Shown here piece after piece: positions 8,705 through 12,243 of a stretch of DNA of 12,243 bases. Source of the DNA: an archaeon (lineage in GTDB: Archaea; Iainarchaeota; Iainarchaeia; Iainarchaeales; CSSED10-239); the NCBI GenBank assembly GCA_035357435.1, contig DAOPNM010000015.1:1-12243 (forward strand), given 5' to 3'. Below the pieces are notes generated by a model. That model ran no database searches. It was not told the origin of the DNA and saw only the letters and a list, made by a program, of their open reading frames with translations. Both the position numbers and the translations under genes were made by a program. Positions within the stretch are counted from its first letter, which is position 1; each line of letters begins with the position of its first letter.

Positions 8705-8836
8705 ATTTTTTTCACTTAAATATTTTGTAGCGATTTGTTTATATATTATTTGTTTTATAATATTTATACAAAAATATTTTTATATACATATAAAACAATA
8801 AAAAACAATAAAATTGCAAAAAATAAAGGTGAAACA

Positions 8837-8989
8837 ATGGATCCAATTGCAAAAGAAAAAAGATTAAAGAACAAATGGGTTTGCATGAAATGTAATCATG
8901 TTATGCATTCTTTAAAAAAACCAGAATTCTGTAGAAAATGTGGATCTTCCAGAATACGAACAAAAAAGAAAGGAAAAAGAGGAATTTAA
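8837..8989 (+). CDS. rpl40e: 50S ribosomal protein L40e (eL40), 50 aa
   Basis: The protein is MDPIAKEKRLKNKWVCMKCNHVMHSLKKPEFCRKCGSSRIRTKKKGKRGI. It shows the characteristic L40e zinc ribbon, CMKCN...CRKCG followed by a basic tail. AGGTGA at 8827..8832 lies 4 nt upstream of the ATG at 8837. The upstream 34 codons of the listed ORF 8735..8989 are AT-rich intergenic read-through. Confidence 0.85.
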   Translation: MDPIAKEKRLKNKWVCMKCNHVMHSLKKPEFCRKCGSSRIRTKKKGKRGI

Positions 8990-9069
8990 ATTTCTTCTTT
9001 TTTAATCTATATTTTTATTAATATTTTTTAATCTTTTAAATAAATAACAAATAAATAACTTATGTTACT

Positions 9070-9642
9070 TTACCATTTACTTAAATTTATTTTTTGTTGT
9101 ATTAATTCTTTTTTTGTAGTATATTTTATATAATCTGCTTGTTTTTCTAATTCATTATTTATATCATTAATTATTTCCCTAATGTGTTGTTCAGTATATG
9201 GTGTTTGAGGTATTTTCTTATTTGTATTATATTCTATATAATAATATACATTTTCAACTATTTTAGTAATATCTTCTGCATGTAATTCTGACAATACAGT
9301 ATTATAATCTTTTAAATATACTTTCAGTGCAGGATATATTAAATAATTAAATTGCTCAAATTTTTTGTGTAATTCTTTTCTCTCATATGGGTTTAGTTTA
9401 TGATATGGTTTATCAAACATAACTTTACTTTGTATATCTTTTATATTTCCTGTTTTTATCTTTTTTTCAAGAAGAGATATTACTTTAGGGATAATTTTAT
9501 GTATATAAATATGATAATTCTCATTAATGATCTTTTTATTATGCTTAACGTCCTTTTCTAACTCTTTCTTTTTTATTTTTTCTTCTTTTTCTTTTTCTAA
9601 TTTTTTATTTTTTAATTCCATTTTCTTTTTAAATGGTGGCAT
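9070..9642 (-). CDS. hypothetical protein, 190 aa, Lys/Glu-rich coiled-coil-like N-terminus plus Tyr/Asn-rich helical body
   Basis: A full ORF with a perfect AGGTGA SD (reverse complement of 9649..9654) 6 nt upstream of the ATG at 9642. It is on the same strand as fen and starts 81 nt downstream of the fen stop. No family was recognised. The + ORF 9527..9814 is antisense low complexity. Confidence 0.6.
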   Translation of the reverse strand: MPPFKKKMELKNKKLEKEKEEKIKKKELEKDVKHNKKIINENYHIYIHKIIPKVISLLEKKIKTGNIKDIQSKVMFDKPYHKLNPYERKELHKKFEQFNYLIYPALKVYLKDYNTVLSELHAEDITKIVENVYYYIEYNTNKKIPQTPYTEQHIREIINDINNELEKQADYIKYTTKKELIQQKINLSKW

Positions 9643-9723
9643 ATTTTTTCACCTTTTTAATAAGATTAAACATAAATATTTTATTAACCAAATGTTTATA
9701 AAATGTTTTTTATTTAAAATTTC

Positions 9724-10767
9724 TTATCTAAACCAATCACTAAGTGTTTTTTGTTTTTCTTTTTCTATTATTTTAACAATATATTCATCCAAATGTTTTG
9801 TAACTCTCTCTTGAGAAAAATTTGCTTTGTCAATTAATATTTTTTCTATACTTTTTCTATTAAACTCACCTTTCTCTATTTTTGGATTTTTATCTATATT
9901 TGGCGTTTTAAAAATATTTTCAATTTCTTTATAATCAAATGAAATTTCTTTGTTTTTTGTCTTTAAAAAAGTCATTATATTTTCAAAACTATTATTTTTT
10001 TTTACAATCTCTAATGCTGTTTTCGGGCCAATTCCTGGGACTTTGGGATTGAAATCTGTGCCAATTAATATTGCTAACCATATTAGTTGGTCACGATCAA
10101 TTTGTAACAAATCAAAAATACATTTTGATTCAATTATTGTTGGATAAACATCAACATAAACATTTTTGTATGGTAATTTTTTTTTTCCAGAAATTGCAAT
10201 GTTCTTTAAAAGATTTGGAGAACCAAAAAGGAAACAATCATAATCCTGTGACACACAATAATCTAACATACCTTGTGATACCATAAATGCAATTTGTGCT
10301 TCTGCTTCGCCAGGTGCTTGAATGTAAGGAATGCCCATTGAATATAATAATTCTTTTGATTCATTTATAATTTTTTCATTAATTGTTGCTGCTTGCCTTG
10401 CATATTTTTGCATAGCCATTAAATCATTTTCTTCTTTTGCAATTTCTAATTTTTGTTGTGCAATTGTTCTTCGTTCTCTACGCTCTTGTTTTGTTGTTTT
10501 TTTTAAATAAGGGCTTTCTCCATCAAATATAAATGTGATATCTATACCTAATGATTTAAGATTAAGTAATCTATAAAATAATCCATTTAAATGACTAGTA
10601 ATTTCTCCTTTTTCATTCATTAATGGTTGACCATCTTGTCCTCTAATTGTTGTAACAAATTGAAATAATGTATTAGATGCATCAAATCCTAATTTTTTTC
10701 CTGAAAAAGCAGTTAATTCTATTTTTTGTTTACATGGTTCTATTAATTTACCTAATGGCACACCCAT
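9724..10767 (-). CDS. fen: flap endonuclease 1 (FEN-1), 347 aa
   Basis: The N-terminus is the canonical MGVPLGKLI...GFDASNTLFQF. The intermediate-domain motif APGEAEAQIAFM is present. The H3TH motif is LIGTDFNPKVPGIGPKTALEIV. The C-terminal PIP box is QKTLSDWF (nt 9730..9753). The start is set at the internal ATG at 10767 rather than the listed 10803, because FEN-1 proteins begin MGV. The + ORFs 9950..10147 and 10071..10286 are antisense artefacts. Confidence 0.93.
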   Translation of the reverse strand: MGVPLGKLIEPCKQKIELTAFSGKKLGFDASNTLFQFVTTIRGQDGQPLMNEKGEITSHLNGLFYRLLNLKSLGIDITFIFDGESPYLKKTTKQERRERRTIAQQKLEIAKEENDLMAMQKYARQAATINEKIINESKELLYSMGIPYIQAPGEAEAQIAFMVSQGMLDYCVSQDYDCFLFGSPNLLKNIAISGKKKLPYKNVYVDVYPTIIESKCIFDLLQIDRDQLIWLAILIGTDFNPKVPGIGPKTALEIVKKNNSFENIMTFLKTKNKEISFDYKEIENIFKTPNIDKNPKIEKGEFNRKSIEKILIDKANFSQERVTKHLDEYIVKIIEKEKQKTLSDWFR

Positions 10768-10867
10768 TTTTTCACATTTTTTATTTTTTATTATTATTAG
10801 CATTAAAGCATAAATATTTAAAATAAAAAACTATTTAAATGCTTTTTGCTATAGATTATATATTAAT

Positions 10868-10939
10868 GCACCTGTAGTATAGCGGTTAGTATGTTAGCCC
10901 TCCAAGCTAAGGACTCGGGTTCGAATCCCGACAGGTGCA
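10868..10939 (+). tRNA. tRNA-Gly (anticodon UCC), with C rather than U at position 33
   Basis: The sequence is GCACCTGTAGTATAGCGGTTAGTATGTTAGCCCTCCAAGCTAAGGACTCGGGTTCGAATCCCGACAGGTGCA. The acceptor stem is GCACCTG/CAGGTGC, the anticodon stem is TTAGC/GCTAA, the 7-nt loop is CCTCCAA, and the T arm is TCGGG-TTCGAAT-CCCGA. The discriminator is A and CCA is not encoded. Confidence 0.9.
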
Positions 10940-10943
10940 TTGT

Positions 10944-10967
10944 TATTTATTTTTAATTATTTTTTTA
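10944..10967 (+). terminator. oligo-T tract directly after tRNA-Gly (archaeal-type terminator candidate)
   Basis: TTATTTATTTTTAATTATTTTTTT begins 5 nt after the tRNA 3' end. The AT-rich background limits its significance. Confidence 0.3.
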
Positions 10968-11110
10968 ATACTAGGAATTAAAAATAAAGTTTCTTTTTTT
11001 GTAAATGCCGATTTGTTTTAGATGCATAATAATTATATAATTCTTTTTTTATATGTATTAACTATTAATTAAAAGAATTAACAAATAATATAATAGCATA
11101 TAAAAAAGGT

Positions 11111-11755
11111 ATGGACTATAATATTATTATGACAACAAAACAAGATTTAATTAACAATTGGAAAAAAAATTATAATTTTTCTCCAAGAGTGTTGGCAGCA
11201 TTTGAAAAAGTTCCAAGAGAAGAATTTGTATTACCAGGGCATAAAATTATGGCTTATGAAGATGTTGCTCTTCCATATCTTTGTGGACAAACAATTTCAC
11301 AACCATCAACAGTAATGATTATGACAGAAGCATTAGAAGTCAGAGCAGGACATACTGTTTTAGAAATAGGTACAGGCACAGGATATCAATCTGCAATACT
11401 TAGCCAATTGGTAGGAAAAAAAGGGAAAATTATTAGTTTGGAAATAATTCCAGAATTAGTAAATGCCGCCCAAAAGAATTTACAAAAATCTAAAATAAAT
11501 AATGTAAAAGTTATATTAAGTAATGGGACTAATGGATATGCTAAATATGCACCATATGATAGAATTATTGTAACTGCAGGGGCACAAGATGTGCCAGAAA
11601 TATTAATTGATCAATTAAAAGTAAATGGGATAATGCTAATTCCTGTTGGTCCTTGCAATACCCAACAAATGTTAAAGATTGTTAAATTAAAAAATGGGAA
11701 TTTAGATATAAAAGAGTTAGGTGATTTTATATTTGTAAAAATGAGAAAAAAATAA
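11111..11755 (+). CDS. pcm: protein-L-isoaspartate O-methyltransferase (PIMT)
   Basis: VPREEFV, GQTISQPSTV, the SAM-binding motif VLEIGTGTGYQSA, APYDRIIVTAGA and MLIPVG occur in the order and spacing typical of the family. The start could instead be the ATG at 11129. Confidence 0.92.
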   Translation: MDYNIIMTTKQDLINNWKKNYNFSPRVLAAFEKVPREEFVLPGHKIMAYEDVALPYLCGQTISQPSTVMIMTEALEVRAGHTVLEIGTGTGYQSAILSQLVGKKGKIISLEIIPELVNAAQKNLQKSKINNVKVILSNGTNGYAKYAPYDRIIVTAGAQDVPEILIDQLKVNGIMLIPVGPCNTQQMLKIVKLKNGNLDIKELGDFIFVKMRKK

Positions 11756-11776
11756 CATTTCAAAAATGGTGATATC

Positions 11777-12205
11777 GTGGCAAACAATCAAAAAGAAGAA
11801 TGTATTTTTTGTAAAATTATAACTGGAGAAATCCCATGTTATAAAATATATGAAAATAAATTTATTCTTGCTTTTTTAGATGTAAATCCAATATCTGATG
11901 GACATACCTTAGTAATTCCAAAAAAGCATTATGAAAATGTTTTAGATTGTGACGATAAATATCTTGAAGAAACTATGAAAGCTATAAAAATAATTACAAA
12001 TTATTATAAAAAAAATCTAAAATGCACTGCATTTAATATTGCTAATAATTCTGGAAAAGACGCAGGGCAAGTTGTTAATCACCTTCATTTTCATATAATT
12101 CCCAGATATAAAAATGATGGCTTAATTTCTTGGCCTACTAGAAATTGTGAATGTGAAAAACTTTCTGATCTTTGTAACAAACTAAGTTTAATTCACAAAA
12201 AATAA
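11777..12205 (+). CDS. HIT-family (histidine triad) nucleotide hydrolase/transferase, GTG start
   Basis: The N-terminus has CIFCKIITGEIP and AFLDVNPISDGHTLVIPKKH, and the histidine triad is HLHFHIIPR. The frame opens directly after the in-frame pcm stop at 11753..11755 and has no ATG upstream of the conserved N-terminus. GTG at 11777 is preceded by GGTGAT (11768..11773), which is complementary to the 16S tail. It lies 21 nt downstream of pcm, so the two are probably co-transcribed. Confidence 0.88.
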   Translation: MANNQKEECIFCKIITGEIPCYKIYENKFILAFLDVNPISDGHTLVIPKKHYENVLDCDDKYLEETMKAIKIITNYYKKNLKCTAFNIANNSGKDAGQVVNHLHFHIIPRYKNDGLISWPTRNCECEKLSDLCNKLSLIHKK

Positions 12206-12243
12206 GGAATAATATTTAATATTAATAATAGAATGATTAATGT

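Noticed and set aside
8735-8836. Long N-terminal extension of L40e, and likewise of FEN-1 (10768..10803), as given in the ORF track
   Set aside because: The extensions translate to Ile/Tyr/Asn/Lys AT-rich filler. The internal ATGs restore the canonical family N-termini (MDPIAKEKRL...CMKC for L40e, MGVPLGKL for FEN-1). The L40e ATG has a perfect AGGTGA SD.
9070-9099. C-terminal QQKINLSKW of the 190-aa orphan as a PCNA-interacting (PIP) box, suggested by its position next to fen
   Set aside because: It does not fit Qxx(L/I/M)xx(F/Y/W)(F/Y/W), because only one aromatic residue is present and the spacing is wrong. The genuine PIP box QKTLSDWF is on FEN-1 itself.
10834-10840. TATA-box-like TTTAAAT about 28-34 nt upstream of tRNA-Gly, and similar A/T motifs upstream of the 16S, tRNA-Glu and most CDSs
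   Set aside because: In a genome this AT-rich such heptamers occur by chance in every intergenic region. Without transcript start data, no individual promoter call can be supported.

Overview
Very AT-rich, gene-dense archaeal chromosome segment. My best guess is a small-genome DPANN-type archaeon. That is an inference from four things: an archaeal-type but divergent 16S rRNA, the archaea/eukaryote-specific genes L40e, L41e and FEN-1, extreme AT richness, and a 16S gene with no 23S nearby. Left to right, the window contains:
- An edge-truncated orphan CDS (-), then a 406-aa orphan protein with a strikingly Met-rich helical C-terminal module (-).
- An unlisted 55-aa zinc-ribbon ORF (+), then a DHH/DHHA1 phosphoesterase (+).
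- A membrane-anchored DsbA-like thioredoxin-fold protein with CPYG where CxxC is expected (-), then an AI-2E/PerM-type permease (-).
- A complete, intron-free 16S rRNA of about 1.5 kb (-) that is not followed by an ITS tRNA or a 23S.
- A small Hjc-like PD-(D/E)xK nuclease (+).
- tRNA-Ala(CGC) (-), an unlisted 42-aa ribosomal protein L41e gene (-), and tRNA-Glu(UUC) (-).
- Ribosomal protein L40e (+, true start internal to the listed ORF), then a 190-aa Lys/Glu-rich orphan (-).
- Flap endonuclease FEN-1 (-), tRNA-Gly(UCC) (+), protein-L-isoaspartate O-methyltransferase (+), and a HIT-family hydrolase with a GTG start (+).

About ten ORFs in the supplied track are antisense or intra-rRNA artefacts.

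I see no CRISPR array, transposase, integrase, long repeats, defence-type gene cassette, or other convincing signature of a novel multi-gene system. This is essentially a housekeeping region. The points most worth a second look are:
- The Met-rich orphan and its truncated downstream partner.
- A compensated A:U replacement of the near-universal G1405:C1496 pair in the 16S decoding helix.
- A flanking inverted repeat that can form a pre-16S processing stem.
- A tRNA-Gly with C at position 33.
- The monothiol DsbA-like protein.
- The nuclease gene sitting divergently against the 16S leader.

All family calls rest on motifs recognised by eye. No database search was possible.
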